Part shown: piece after piece, positions 13,321 through 26,800 of the stretch
How the letters are laid out: the number at the start of each line of letters is the position of its first letter
How positions within the stretch are numbered: the first letter of the stretch is position 1
Assembly: GCF_018350175.1 (NCBI RefSeq)
Contig: NC_058368.1
Coordinates: forward strand, 221,032,001 to 221,096,000
DNA from: Felis catus
Taxonomy: Eukaryota
DNA length: 64,000 bases
Direction: 5' to 3'
Notes under the pieces: generated by a model
Database searches by the model: none
Seen by the model: only the letters and a program-made list of their open reading frames with translations
What the model was told of the DNA's origin: nothing
Position numbers and translations under genes: made by a program

Positions 13321-13598
13321 TAACTGAAATGCTATATAAACAGGAGACATTATAAGCTTTATCTACTTTGCAAAAAAAAACCTCAGGAATTTATAAATTC
13401 ACTGAGCAATACATATTTATCTTTATATTCACAGGGATATGACAAAGTTATCTTTTCTTCCTGAAGTTCATTTCATTCACAGAACATTAAAGTCAAAATG
13501 GATTTCAGGATTACATCATCTAAGCCCTTAATTGTAGACACACACAGAAAACACAAATTTAGTTTAGGTTATTGATACAATTAGGATTCAGGTCTCCT

Positions 13599-13728
13599 GG
13601 GGTGCCTGGGTGGCTCAGTCAGTTGAGCATCCAACTCTTGGTTTTCGGCTCAGGTCATGATCATGTGGCCTCGTGGGTTCAAAGACCTGCATCAGGCTCT
13701 GCACAGGCAGCATGGAGCCTACTTGGGA

Positions 13729-13784
<56 letters not shown>

Positions 13785-13876
13785 GTCTCTGTCTCTGTCT
13801 CTCTCTCTTTGTGCCTCCCCCACTGGTGCTGTCTCTGTTTCTCTCAAAATAAATAAATAAACTTTAAAAAAAAAAA
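13599..13876 (+). mobile_element. CAN-SINE with (CT)n expansion
   Basis: ggggtgcctgggtggctcagtc head; TSD aggattcaggtctcct / aggaattcagttctcct. Confidence 0.95.
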
Positions 13877-14187
13877 GGAATTCAGTTCTCCTAATCTGAA
13901 GTTTAGTGCTCAAATTTATGCAGTGTGAAAATGGTCAATTGATTGGGAGTAGAGCCGGCTCTTCCCAAACTTCTTTTCCTAATCACTTCATGCAGTTAAC
14001 TTATCAAATATTTTCCATTTTAAAGAAAAATCTTTATAGTATACTCTTATTTTGTAAAGTTACTCTTATGAAAGAAATAATTTCCTATTTACAGTAAATG
14101 CCTACTATAGCTGAAAGACTCTACATGAAAACATTTGCATATTATCAAAATCTGTGTTAGTTATTGCAAGATGGTTCTTGGATGAAT

Positions 14188-14500
14188 TATTCATTCATTT
14201 ATCCTTTTATTTGTTTATTCACTTAACAAGTATATATAGACTACCTATTATTTGTGGGGAACTATTTTAGGTGTTTGGGAACAAACGCTCTTGACATAAG
14301 AGATTGGCAAAACACAAGTTAAAAAAATAGATGAGGAAACTTGAGATAGTAATAAATGCTCTGAAGACAATCTGTTGAGCTGAGTCATGAATGATGAGTC
14401 AGCCATGAAATGGTTTAGTGGGAGTGGGGGTGGGATGAGTCCAGGCATAAGGATCAGAGGTACAAAGATCAGGGTACAGTATGTGCAGTGGAGTGTTGAG
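14188..14500 (-). mobile_element. L2 3' fragment
   Basis: attcattcatt...aacaagtat...ctacctatta is the L2 terminus in antisense. Confidence 0.5.
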
Positions 14501-14518
14501 ACAAGTGCACCTATTATT

Positions 14519-14549
<31 letters not shown>

Positions 14550-14944
14550 AAACAAGACAAAAAGCAAGCTCTTTAAATACAATCTTCTCATGCTGAGCTT
14601 GGTTAGTTAGAAAGGTGTGGCTTACTTTGCCTAAAAATTGCATGTTTTATTAGACTGAAATTTAGCTAATTTAAGCTGAGTTTCTTAAGATAGGTGTGTT
14701 TTTTTAATTCTTTTATACATTTTGCTTAAACTATGTTGATATAGAATATAACATGTAATATGAGGAGGGAGAAAACGTTCAAATATGGGATAAGGTTGTT
14801 TAACCCTAGAGAGTGATTTTGATTTGTGGAAATGTAAGATTTTAGAGCAAAGAATGCATAGTGGGGACTCTTGTTGTTTTTTGTTGTTGCTGTTGCTTTG
14901 TTTTTTGTTGTTGTTTAACTCCATATTAATGGAAAGACTAACTC

Positions 14945-15099
14945 AACAATTATCCAACTTTGGTGTGGGTCAGAATCACTCAGGCAAATTGCCAAAAATA
15001 GAGGCCTACGTTTTATCTCACTTCACTAGGCTTGGGCCTGTGGATTCTTTTTATTCATTTCAAGATGATTTTAATTGCACCGAAGTTTGGCAACCACTG
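14945..15099. mobile_element. MER5-like hAT DNA transposon fragment
   Basis: aactttggtgtgggtcagaatcact...gatgattttaattgcaccgaagtttggcaaccactg. Confidence 0.55.
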
Positions 15100-16599
15100 A
15101 TGACTGTACTGTCAGATGAAGCATGGTAACAATTATCGTAGAAGATACAAATTGCAGGTTGTCTGATCGCCAGTTTGGGAAGTAGAAGACACACTAATTA
15201 AAGAGGGTTTTGAAGATACAAATAGCTGTTGAAATAGAAACCTGTTCATAAATTCCACATACTGTTAATACCAAGTCCCAGGTGTAAAGTAGGTAAAATC
15301 ATGTTACAACATCAAATAAGAAAAAGTCATGGAAGCCATGAATCACATTATCCTGAGTAGGAAATAAGTATACTTACATCACTCCCATTTAACCCCTATT
15401 TATATAGGATTTTTTTTTCATTGGATGGATGGATAATGGAAAAATGACTGTGAAAGGTAAATTGATCTCAGGCTCATCATAACCTGGCATATCAACTTTT
15501 GCAATAGAACATCTATTGCGATTCCAGACATTTTTCCTTGAGATCATCTGCCAAAATATCTGTCTACCTGTGTTTGACTTAGATATGACCTACAGATAGA
15601 TGCCCAAGCTCTGTCAGATGTGCTTTTAGTGGTTTCTGAGATCATATGTGAAGTTCTCTATTCAATTCTGTATCCTACATTAATCAAGCTATCAAGATGA
15701 ATTTCCTATATCAGAAAGAACCAACATCATATATAAAATACAGGTTTGTGAAAAAAGCATACTTGTGTTGAACCAGATTATTGTGTTTTGTGACAGTTTT
15801 TAATGTCACTTTTTTGCATGGAATTTTCACTCAAAATATAATGGCCTTTTTCATTTAATTTTTTTTCTCTTAAAATTGGGGGGAGAGGCAGAGCTATGTG
15901 TGCAAAATATGGTGGAGGGGATTATTTCACCTTTGGAAAATTACCGTGTTCTGCATAGCAGAAAACCATGCCAAAGTGTTACAGCGAGAAGCTGGTTCAG
16001 AGTAGCTGTGGATCATTAACCTAGGGAAGGCTGATGGAAAAGTACCTTTTACACTAAATTTTAGAAGCATTCAGAGAGAATAGAGAACATCCAGTCCTTT
16101 TTGTCTCCCTCACCAACGTGTTTCTGAAATAAACTTCAAATATCAAAGTGCAATAGACAAAACATTTTGTCCCTATAAAATTAGGTCCATTTAAATACAC
16201 AGTTGCTCCCCCCCTCCCTCTGCCATGTGCATCAGTAAATTAAATGCTCATCTCAGCTACTCCCTGCACAGGTTCAGCTGCTAACAGAGACTTGAATTAA
16301 TAAATATTTACTGAGCTCATACCCTGCCAGCAGACTCTTCTCAGCATTATGCCCAATGCTGAAAACTTAAAAAGCAAGTCATTTATGGTTTGTACTTCAG
16401 GGAGCCAAGAGTCCCAGTGTGGCTAGGACTGAGCTCTTGGAAGCCAGGGCTGGTGAGAGTTGAAGCAGAAATGCAGGATGGGCAGTGTGTGGTGGGCTTT
16501 GAATGCCATATTCAAGAATATGGGCTCTACTTATCAAGTATCAGGTTTGTATGTTAGATATAAGAGGCATCCACTATTTAGCTTGTCAAGCATTTTCCT

Positions 16600-17198
16600 T
16601 TTTGGGTATCAAGCCCTCTCTGTTCATAGTTCTTGTACATTGAATAGATACAATATACTCCTCACTGTAGGATGGGCATGAGTCTCAGACTTGGCCAATT
16701 CAAACACACCTTCCTCTGGTCTTTCTAATGAGGTGAAGAACAAATCAAATATTTCTAGGTAACGGATTCCTTGGAACTATCAGATAATAGTCATAACTAT
16801 CAGATAACTATCATTTTGCATTGATTGCATTACTAAATTGATAAAATACACCTGAGAGCGCCATGATGGGAACAAACAGAAAGAGGGACGCAAAACTGAA
16901 GTGTAGTGAGAGACAGAAAACAGATGATGTTGTCTCCATGCCTGGATCCAGTCATGCCTAAAGCTGACATTTCTGAAGTCACTTGACCCACCCAGCTCTT
17001 TCTTCTTTGTGTGTTTAAAGTAATTGGAATTAGGGGCCCCGGATGGCTTAGTTGGTTAAGCGTCCGACTCTTGATTTCAGCTCAGGTCATGATCTTATGG
17101 TTTGTGGATTTGAGCCTGGCATGCTCAGCATGGAGCCTACTGGGGATTCTCTCTCCCTGCCCCTCCCCTGCTCATGCTCTCTGTCTCTCAAAAATAAA

Positions 17199-17242
<44 letters not shown>

Positions 17243-17290
17243 GCATTAAATTTTTGCCATTTTCAACCGAAAAATGGCAGCTAATTAAAA
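16600..17290. mobile_element. MaLR (MLT1-type) LTR interrupted by a CAN-SINE
   Basis: gggcatgagtctcagacttggccaat...cctggatccagtcatgcctaaagc; resumes after the SINE as gccattttcaaccgaaaa. Confidence 0.5.
17033..17240 (+). mobile_element. CAN-SINE with (CA)n microsatellite tail
   Basis: ggggccccggatggcttagttggttaagcgtccgac head; aaaataaa followed by about 20 CA units. Confidence 0.92.
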
Positions 17291-19043
17291 TAATCCTATG
17301 AAAAACAATTAAGGTATAATTTTTTAACCAGATATGGGGGGGGGGACTTGAATTAGGAGAACAAGTAAAAGCACGCAGAGAGTTTTGACATAAAATTGGA
17401 AGGATATAGTGATTACGTTTGAAGATAAGGAAGAAATGTAATTATTACTTCAAAGACAGTAACGAAAAGAGGCAAAACAAAAGATGGCATGGCTTCTGGG
17501 TAGTTAAGGGTGACGATTTCATCAGGAGCATTGGGTTATACTTACCCATTTGAAGTTAATGTGGGATGTTAGAAAGTATTATACATATAGTTCTGATACT
17601 AAGGGAAAATATTAACCCCAAATATATACATTTAGGATTTGTTAACAGAGTTGACAAACGAGTGTTTAAATGCAATTCGAATATACTTGTGTCCCAGTTG
17701 CCAAGGGAAGAGGGAGCCCTACAGAAAAGTTTGAGATAAAGTAAAGTCAGTAATAGAGTTTAAGCTAAGTGAGTGAGGGTCAGTAAAAATTGTCAGATCT
17801 TGCTTGTTAAATGCCATCAATATTATTTTCAATAATAACAGTAAAATGGGGAGAACAATCATCAAACTGCAGTAGATTGTGGAAAGAATAGGGGCTAAAA
17901 ATGAAGGCGGCAAAGTCAAATCATCTTTTTAAATAAACCTGGCAGTGGAAGGAAAGCATTATATAGGGTGATACTTAAAGGAAGGCATGTCAGAAAATGA
18001 TTTAGGAAATATTAAAAACACTTAAAATTGTTGTTGTGAATTCATGAAAGTGGGACAAGGAGGAAGTGAAAGAAGAGGAAAGATGACAGAAGATTAAAGA
18101 CACAGCAAAGAAGGAAATTAAATTGTCCACGATTTGGGAGAAGGCAGAATGTTACAACCCGGGAGAAGATAGGGGGTAGTTTCACCTGAGCCTGGAGGGA
18201 AGACAAAGTGAAGACGAAAATTAGTTCTGCGATAGAAGATAGGGAAGAAGAAGAAAAAAAAAGTACTGTTTACTTTGGTGAGCAGGAGGCTAGGTGATAA
18301 ATTGAGAATAAGGCTGGTGGGATCAGGGACTTGAGGTTTCAAAACAGCCATAGTGGAAAATAGACAAAGGCCTAGATGAATTGGCCACAGGTAATTAAAA
18401 ACAAACAAACAAACCCCAGAACTAATCTATGAATGTAACTGTATTTCCACAGACAGCTAGGAACCTTGTGTTTGTAATGGAAACTTTCTGAGAATATTTC
18501 TCTTAATCATCCTGAGCTGCCAGTGCAAGATCTGAGAGATGAAATGGTCAGGGCTACCTAAGGCTTATTTTGGCCACACGATTGTGGTAGGAAATCAGAG
18601 TGGCAAATAATTAAGGCTGATAGTGAAAGGCGTGGTTGAGTGGTCGACATTATGCACGAGATTCAAGCTGAATAGCTTGTGAAGTGAAATAAGAGGGCAC
18701 AGGACACTGGGAGGCCAGGTTCATCAAAGGACAGGGTTAGCTAGGAGGGAGATCTAGGTAAGTGTGTGACACCACTGTCCAGTTCTTAAAAGTTGTATAT
18801 CCTGGATGATGACAATACCTGAGTGCATCTACAGATGAATAATACTATATAATATTTATAATCCAATGCATATTATAGAAAAGTTAAATTGAATAGAATT
18901 GAAATTCATTGATCATGATGGGGAGTAGTATTCTGGAAACTAGGGTAGCGAATGAGTTAAAACTGTGTGCATTAAATAAATATGTATATTATGAGGTATT
19001 TTGGAAGTTAGAAAATAAAAGTTTAAGAAAATGATAGGATATT

Positions 19044-19229
19044 GGGGCACCTGGGTGGCTCCGTCAGTGGAGTGTCCAACTTAGGCTCAGGTCATGATCT
19101 TGCGGTTCATGAGTTCGAGCCCCACGTTGGGCTCTGTGCTGACACCTCAGAGCCTGGAGCCTGCTTCAGATTCTGTGCCTCCCTCTCTCTCTCTCCCTCT
19201 CTCAAATATAAATAAACATTAAAAAAATA
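19044..19229 (+). mobile_element. CAN-SINE
   Basis: ggggcacctgggtggctccgtc head; TSD aagaaaatgataggatat / aagaaaatgatggtatat. Confidence 0.95.
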
Positions 19230-20649
19230 AGAAAATGATGGTATATGAAGAACAGAAACTTTTCACAGATTGGCCACATTTAAGAGAATGTGTATCAAAA
19301 AGAATTTTTACCACATATTCACAGTAATAAATGGATTTATTAGCTAGTAATATATCCTCAAGCATAAAATGAGGAGTATGCCATTTTTTAATATTATCTA
19401 GGACCTAACTTCTGTGATATTAATTACCATAGGTCTTTGTTTCATTGAGAAATCTAAACATGTTGTTTTTAAACCTAACTTTACTTTAGCTCAATACTAC
19501 TTTTTTTCAGTTGACTACGCTTAAATATTATATTTTACAGAATGTAGGATTATGGCAACCAAAAAAGAAGCCATAATATTCCACCTTTCAAGAAAGGCAG
19601 TCGGTCTTATATTGCTTTGTGCTATACAATTTGATAAATGACCTACATGCAAAGCATTTGTGAGAGATTGCACGTAGGTAAGGGGGAGTTTAGAGATTAT
19701 AAACAAAACTGCATTAACACGAGGCTGGAGTCACTTAGAAAAGGAAAGCAATAGATCAAGTTTAAATGGGCAACATTAATGGGAGTTATGGGCACACATC
19801 TCAAAATGAATATACCCCAAAGAATTTATAGAACACCTCTCATAATTGGAAAAAGACAGATTTTACAATTATCCTCGGGACAAGCCGCCGATAGAATAAA
19901 ATACATAGCTTTAGTGTCAAGAGAAATGTATGAGACAAAAGGGAGACTTAGTTGAAATTGAGGGGAAGAAAAGCGAAGGAAACACGGAAACACGATACAA
20001 TAGAACAGAACTGCAAATAGGTCCTTACTGGAGTGGACTGTATTGAAAATATGTAGATGCTGGACCACAAATATAATGTTTAATTGCTATTAATAAAAAG
20101 TAAATATTTTTCCCTAGGGGAAAAAAAACACAGTAAGTGAATAAGCATTCTTCTCACACAAGTAAATATATTAGATCTTTGGGATTCTTACTGTTTTAAA
20201 TACATAATACAGATGAATCTTTACTTTTGCTTGTCTTGGATTTGTTAAAAATGACTAAAGAATATTTGATGAGGAGAACATTCTCTGTAAAGCAGTGTTC
20301 AGCAATTTCAACTTTGTGATCAGTGTTATATTAAATATTTGCATTTTTTGTGGAAGAAAATTATAATCCTTAAAAGATCTAAATTTGAGATTTTTTTTTA
20401 AATCACAGGATATATCAAATGGTAATTTCATGCAGGATTGTGTAATTCATGCTCATTTTGAGGTATTAATGGATGAGGATTTTATTTTTTTTTTTCATTT
20501 TCTTCCCTTTTTTTCCTGCTTTTATTTTATGTGGATCATGATCTTCAGATGTGGTCATTTAAAACAGGAATAGGCTACACATTTAGGGAGATGGCCTGTT
20601 CTGCTACCTTAAAGCTGATATAACTGCATTCATCTTCTTAAACATTTTA

Positions 20650-20800
20650 TCTCTAAGTAGTAGTCTTAGATTTACAGTAGTCTTAGATTTATAGAAAGTT
20701 GAAAAGGTGGTCCAGAGAGTTCCTATATACACCAACCTCAAGTTCCCTCTGTGTTAAATCCGTATATGAGTATGGTGCATTTGTCCTAATTAATAAATAA
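20650..20800 (-). mobile_element. Old L1M 3'-end fragment
   Basis: tagatttatagaaagttgaaaagg...agagagttcctatatac...gtatggtgcatttgtc. Confidence 0.55.
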
Positions 20801-21339
20801 CGTAGTGAACTCAAGAAGCCTGTTAGAATCTCAGCTAATAGCTGAAGACTAATAGTGAGTTAAAACTCAAAGAGAGATGTGGGATGAATCCACAAATTTG
20901 GCAGTCATTATCAAAATGATGATAGGTAATCTGAGATAAGGTAAAATAATCTAGGTGAGTTTTATAGGAAAGAAAAATGTTGAGTGTATGTGGGGAGGAG
21001 AAGGGAATTGAGAACCAAATTTTGAGTACTTCAACGCTGAGATGTCAGGAAGGGGAAGAAGGAAAATTAGTGGTAGCGGAGCAGGAGACCACTAAGTAGC
21101 GGAATGTCCTGGAAGCCAAGTGTTCCCTGAAGAAGTTTGTGAGCAATGCATTGGAAGAGAGGGAAGAGAGCTGCTGATCAACCTTCAGATTAGTCAGAAT
21201 AGTGGTCCTTGATGACCTGTGCCTGAGTAGTTTCGGAAAATGATGTCAATATAATTACTAAGAAAAAAGGAAAGTGAAGAAGTGACAGCAAGAAAAGGAA
21301 ACAGAGTAACTACTGATTTAACCTGAGGAGTAATGTACC

Positions 21340-21900
21340 TAAAAGCCTGATGGGTTACAACACCGAGCATTTATTTTTGTGTCTACATATTGGTTGTGTT
21401 TTGCTGAGGTATGCTGGGTTTATTTGATACTTAAATCAGTCCTATTCTTTTTTTTTTAATGTTTATTTATTTTTGAAGGAGAGAGAGACACACAGCAAAA
21501 GCAGGGGAAGGGCAGAAAGAGAAGGAGACACAGAATCTGAGGCAGGGTCCAGCCTCTGAGCTAGCTACATTAGCCCCTGTATCAGTCCTATTTTTGACCT
21601 GATAAGACTTCAAGCTTCCAGATGGGTTTAGTTTTGTTTTGCACACCTTCATTCTAGGGCACAGGCTGAAGGTCCAGCATTTAAATATCACATGTGCTTC
21701 TTAGGTGACCTCATAGGAATTCAAGAGAGCAAGCAGAATGACAGAAGAGATTTTTAAAGCTTCTGCTTATGTCACGTCCATTAGCATTCCATTAGGCAGA
21801 GCAATGTGTCCAAGCCTAATGTGAACAGGGCTGGGAAATGTTCATAGCCAAATCTGTAGAAGGTACTAAAGATTCATATAAAAAAATATAATGAAATCTA
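21340..21900. mobile_element. MaLR (MLT1-type) LTR interrupted by a SINE
   Basis: caagagagcaagc...ttaaagcttctgctt...cattccattaggcagagcaa...ccaagcc. Confidence 0.5.
21447..21580 (-). mobile_element. 5'-truncated CAN-SINE
   Basis: 3' half only; TSD atcagtcctatt on both sides. Confidence 0.85.
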
Positions 21901-22779
21901 CCACAGGACTATTATATCAAGTAAACTCACCCCCCCACCCCCACCCCCACCCCCACACTTTGGAATGTAATGGCATGATCGTGTCCTAATGAGACTGATT
22001 CTATAGGGAAGGGGAAATATTACAATGTAGGAGCTGGGTTTATTAAAGGAAGTAAGAAGGGATGTAATCCAGTGCAAATACAAAAAGGCTGAGTTTGAGA
22101 GGGACAATTACACACTGTGATAAGAGAGAAGACAGATGAGTAAGACCTGGGCAGGCTAGAAGATTGGTGGTCAGCTGACAAGGTAGTTCTTTTACAATTA
22201 AATCTCTTATCCTCTTTCTTGCCTATATTATTGTCTTGTTCTTATTCCTTCTGCCCTTCCATAATGATGTATTTGTAGCCTTTCTATTACCAGGTTATTT
22301 TCTTGTTATAACTTATTAATAATTTCAATCATCCATCTATGCAAATTAAACCCAAATCAGTACCTCAAGCCTTCATCTCCCTCATGTATGCTCAACCCTT
22401 GCAGGTCATATTGTCATATTGCTAGACAGCCTCAGTGGCAAATTTGGCTGACCCCTCAGAGAGCATATGGAAATGGATTAGGAAATATAGATATTCTATC
22501 TTCTCTCCTTATTTTTCTTAATATTACTCTCAACTCACCAGTCTGTATGGGATGAATGAAATCCTAGTTTATATTATCATGACCATTATATAAAATGACA
22601 TTTAGCAAGTGATCTGGATTTATTGATTTTAACACGTTCATGATTTTAACATATTCATGTGAAATATTACAATTTTCTATCTTCTGCATTTCTATACATT
22701 AGTTTGTAAACAATATAATTATGCATATGTATAACTTAACCTAATTAAATGAAAGGTCCTCTAAGTGAAATAGTACACA

Positions 22780-22928
22780 TTATTAGTGTATTGTTATAAT
22801 ATTTTAATACATATTTTATATTTTGTATTCAATAAAATATTATAGAATATTACTTATATATTATATATACTATGTTATATATTATAGTGAAATATATTAT
22901 GTATTATTTTATATTATATACAATAGTG

Positions 22929-22959
<31 letters not shown>
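22780..22959. repeat. Very AT-rich low-complexity tract ending in (AT)n
   Basis: Near-pure A/T; perfect AT run at 22931-22959. Confidence 0.9.
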
Positions 22960-22962
<3 letters not shown>

Positions 22963-23054
22963 TGCATATCAAAGACAGTAGATCTCTTTAAAATGTTTTG
23001 ATAGTACCTATTCAATGTTGATTAAGAGAAAAATAATGTGTTCTAGATCCACAT

Positions 23055-23520
23055 TAATCAGTCTCAGCAGAAAACAAATGGTAAAGAAAAATGAGTAATT
23101 AAAGAAGTTTAATAAAATGAGCGGTTACAAAGGTATGAGGAGAGCTGAGGTCACATGTACTGCTTCTGTGTGCAGGTCCAGCAACAAGGAAGCTGGTATC
23201 AGCTCTTGGCCTCAAGAGGCAAAGGATACAACCATCACCAGATCTTGGAGATTATAGCTATAGTACAGGCTGTTTGTTGGACAAGAATATTAATTAGCTT
23301 TCCTAAAAGTGTCACACCCAGCCTCTGATGAAATAGAACAGAAGATCCAGGGCCATGAATATTGCAGCCTGCCTCTCATTTTGTCCTCTTAGCGCCTTCC
23401 AAAGCCTCTAACTAGACAAACACAGTGGAAGTCAGTGAACATAGAGCCCCATTGAAATAGTCAAAGTGGGTCTCAAATCATCATGGAAGAGTGTGGAAAA
23501 CTGATAGATATCCAGCAGAG
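23055..23520. mobile_element. Ancient ERVL-class LTR fragment (LTR33-like)
   Basis: cagcagaaaacaaatgg...gtttaataaaatg...ttacaaaggtatg; family recalled. Confidence 0.35.
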
Positions 23521-24364
23521 CAGGGGCCAAACTCTTTATTTGCTTATTGTTTAAGGTAATTATAGGTTACGTTAGGTAATAGGTATAGGTATACGTTAGG
23601 TATAGGTAATTGTTCATTTGGTTATGAACAATTTGTTTCTAAATTCCCATACCTCTGTTGAAGAATAATTACTTTGTGGTTTAAAATAAAGAATTTTAAA
23701 GTAATTTTGATGTTATAAATCTGTAGAGACCAAAAAGCTACAAAAAAGAACAAAGCAGATTTGAGAAATAACAACAAAAAACAGTTGAAAAAATTTGTAA
23801 TGAAAATATCACTGGGCAGATTTAAAGGTAAATTATCCCCAGTTGAAGAGACAGTTGGTAAATTAAAAGACAGGTCAGAAGAAAGTTTTGAAATGCAACA
23901 TAGAGAGACAGTGGCATTGAATATTCATGAAAAAGGGTAGAGACTTAGAGAATAGAATGTTGAGATGTAACATGTATTACTTAGGGGGCCAGAAGAACAG
24001 AGGGAGAACAAGGCACAGGGAGGATTTAAGGAGATTATTGCTAATAATTACCCAGAATTGTTTAGACACACTGATCCATAGATTTAAGAAGCCTGACAAA
24101 TCCTGTACAGAATACATAGAAGCCCAGTCAAATCATAATAATACTGCAGAAAATCAAAGACAAAGAGAAAATCTTAAAAGTACCAAGAAAATGAAGGAAG
24201 AGTACCTTCCGGAACATGGCAGTTAGAAAGATTTCTTATGTCACAACATGAACACTGGATGATATGAGGTAGTGGGATTAAGCAGGCAGGATGTTGAAAG
24301 AAAATATCCTCCAGTGTAGAATTCTGTACTTGGAAAAGTCTTTCAAAAAATGACTAAATGATGC

Positions 24365-24408
24365 TTATTTTATTTTATTTTACTTATTTTTAGTGCTTGT
24401 TTATTTTT

Positions 24409-24473
<65 letters not shown>

Positions 24474-24631
24474 TGAATGAGCAGGGGAGGGGCAGAGAGA
24501 CAGGGAGATACAAAATTCGAAGCAGGCTGAGCTATCAGCAGAGCCCGGCATGGAGCTCGAACTCACCAATTGCAAGACCCTGACCTGGGCCAAAGTTGGA
24601 AGCTTAACTGACTGAGCCACCCAGGTGCCCC
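24365..24631 (-). mobile_element. CAN-SINE
   Basis: Ends ccacccaggtgcccc; TSD ctaaatgatgct. Confidence 0.95.
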
Positions 24632-24918
24632 TAAATGATGCTACTTTTATAAGAACAACAACAAAACAAAAATAAACAATAAAACAAGAGAAGCTTGCTC
24701 TATTAGAAGATCCTAACTAAAGAAAAAAATTGACCCTAAATGGAGGGGTCCATGAAGCCTGAAGAAAGAAACCATATATGCTTGTAACTGAAGTGAAAGA
24801 TAGCTAGATTAAATAGTAGTATTCTCTTACAAGTATTTTTTAAATGGCAGAATAAAAAAAAATGACAATATCTCACAAATCAAAGGAGTTAAATGATGTT
24901 AAAAATCTATGCTGCTGC

Positions 24919-25142
24919 GGGGCGCCTGGGTGGCGCAGTCGGTTAAGCGTCCGGCTTCAGCCAGGTCACGATCTCGCGGTCCGGGAGTTCGAGCCCCGCG
25001 TCAGGCTCTGGGCTGATGGCTCAGAGCCTGGAGCCTGTTTCCGATTCTGTGTCTCCCTCTCTCTCTGCCCCTCCCCCGTTCATGCTCTGTCTCTCTCTGT
25101 CCCAAAAATAAATAAACGTTGAAAAAAAAAATTAAAAAAAAA
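24919..25142 (+). mobile_element. Young feline CAN-SINE (SINEC_Fc-like)
   Basis: CpGs intact; ttcagccaggtcacg motif; perfect TSD aaaaatctatgctgctgc at 24901-24918 and 25139-25156. Confidence 0.97.
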
Positions 25143-25981
25143 ATCTATGCTGCTGCAGTATCTGTTAGGAGGGTAAAATGGTGATCAGTAAGCTATTGTA
25201 AGTCGACTATGCATATTTTCTTTTTTAGGCTACCTATTTAATGAAAATTAACAGAATTTATCACTAATAGAGAATAGAAAGAATGGAATGACAAAAGTAA
25301 TCAGGACATAGGAGGAAAAGAAAGAAAGGCTGTAGAGAAACACCATGACCAAAATGAATCAAATGCACAAAGTGAGATGATCTGTTTCTAGTTATATACC
25401 CTCAGAACTCCTTGCACATGTGTACAGGACACAAATGAGAATATTTATGATGGCACCCTTCACAATTAGCAAAAATTCAAAACAACTGAAATGCCAATCC
25501 ACATTAGTATGTATAGGTAAATTATAGTTTATTTTTAAAGTGACAAACTGTATAGCAAAAATAAGTGAATTATAGCTTAAAAAATAAAAGAATAATCTTT
25601 AACAAATAATAGCATAGAGTGAAAGAAATAAATCTCTAAAGGAAACACAGTATGATTCCATTTATATAAAATTCAAAATTAAGAAAAATGAGACAGTGTT
25701 ATTTAAGGATACATTAGTGCAGAACCAGAAAAAAAAAATATTAGCATATGTTTTACTCTAGTAGAAATGAGTCCATTCTGATTGGGATGTGCCACACTTG
25801 TATTTCCTACTGGAAGCTGATAATATTGTATTTCACGAATAAGACATGTCTACACAACCTAAGAGTGTTGATTAATTTTTGTAAAATTTCACAATAACAG
25901 CTCAGTACATTTTCCTTCTTGATCTCACTTAAAAAAAAAAAAAGAAAGCTATGAAACTTTTTGGAAACTACTGAGGAGTCC

Positions 25982-26195
25982 TTTTTTTTTTTAATGTTTA
26001 CTTATTTTTAAGAGAGATGCACACAGAGTGACAGCGGGAGAGGGACAGAGAGAGAGGGAGATGTAGCATCCGAAGCAGGCCCCAGGCTTGGAGGTGTCAT
26101 CAGGGAGCCCGATGCGGGGCTCGAACTCACAAGCCACGAGATCATGACCTGAGCCGAAGTCGGACGCTTCACCGACTGAGCCACCCAGGTGCCCC
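25982..26195 (-). mobile_element. CAN-SINE
   Basis: Full body ending ccacccaggtgcccc; TSD gaggagtcct / gaagagtcct. Confidence 0.95.
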
Positions 26196-26204
26196 AAGAA
26201 GAGT

Positions 26205-26800
26205 CCTCTGTCTTAATAATTCTATTTTCCAAGTTAAATATCCTCAGGTTCTGTGACATTTTTTTCTTCCTGTAACCTCTTTCCAGATCTCAACACTGTT
26301 TTCATGCCACTCTTAGTTCTGCTTGACTTTTATTTAATATTATTTCTGAAAAGCCATAGCACCCCAAGACAAATTACCACCTCAATATAATGTATAATGT
26401 AAACGGAACAATGGAACTGAATTGATTTAGAGAGTATGCTTCCACTAAAGGACTGATTATTCCATCACTTTATTTTAGCCAATTCAGAATAGGTTTGACT
26501 CACCTAGGCAATTATGCTGAGCTAAACTCATCAATTTCTCTTAAGCCAATTCTCCTTTCTGTATTTATGTAGGCAAATTAAAAAATATCAATAATAGTTT
26601 TAAAATTTGTTTTCTTGGTTAGTGCCATTCACGCCAATTGAGATGATTTGGAAACTCAGTTTGACCAATTTTTGACCTGCTATCTTCCCCAGTTTGAAGT
26701 TATCTTCGTATTTTATATGTATAGTTTCTATGCCTTCACTAAATGGATTGATCAAAATGTTGACTACAGCTGGGTATAGAACAGGGTTCATAAAGAGAGC
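26205..26800 (-). mobile_element. CR1/L3 LINE fragment with reverse-transcriptase remnant
   Basis: ORF 26600-26791 reads PVLYPAVVNILINPFSEGIETIHIKYEDNFKLG, matching the CR1 RT motif VLGPVLFNIFINDLDEGIE...IKFADDTKLG. Confidence 0.75.

Larger units (their letters stand above)
23720..25880 (+). mobile_element. Ancient L1M/HAL1-like element (ORF1 remnant plus 3' end) interrupted by two SINEs
   Basis: ORF1-like remnant (RDLENRM..CNMY..G..., ENQRQRENLK); L1ME-like 3' text aaacaactgaaatgcc...acagtatgattccatttatataaaattcaaaa. Confidence 0.55.
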
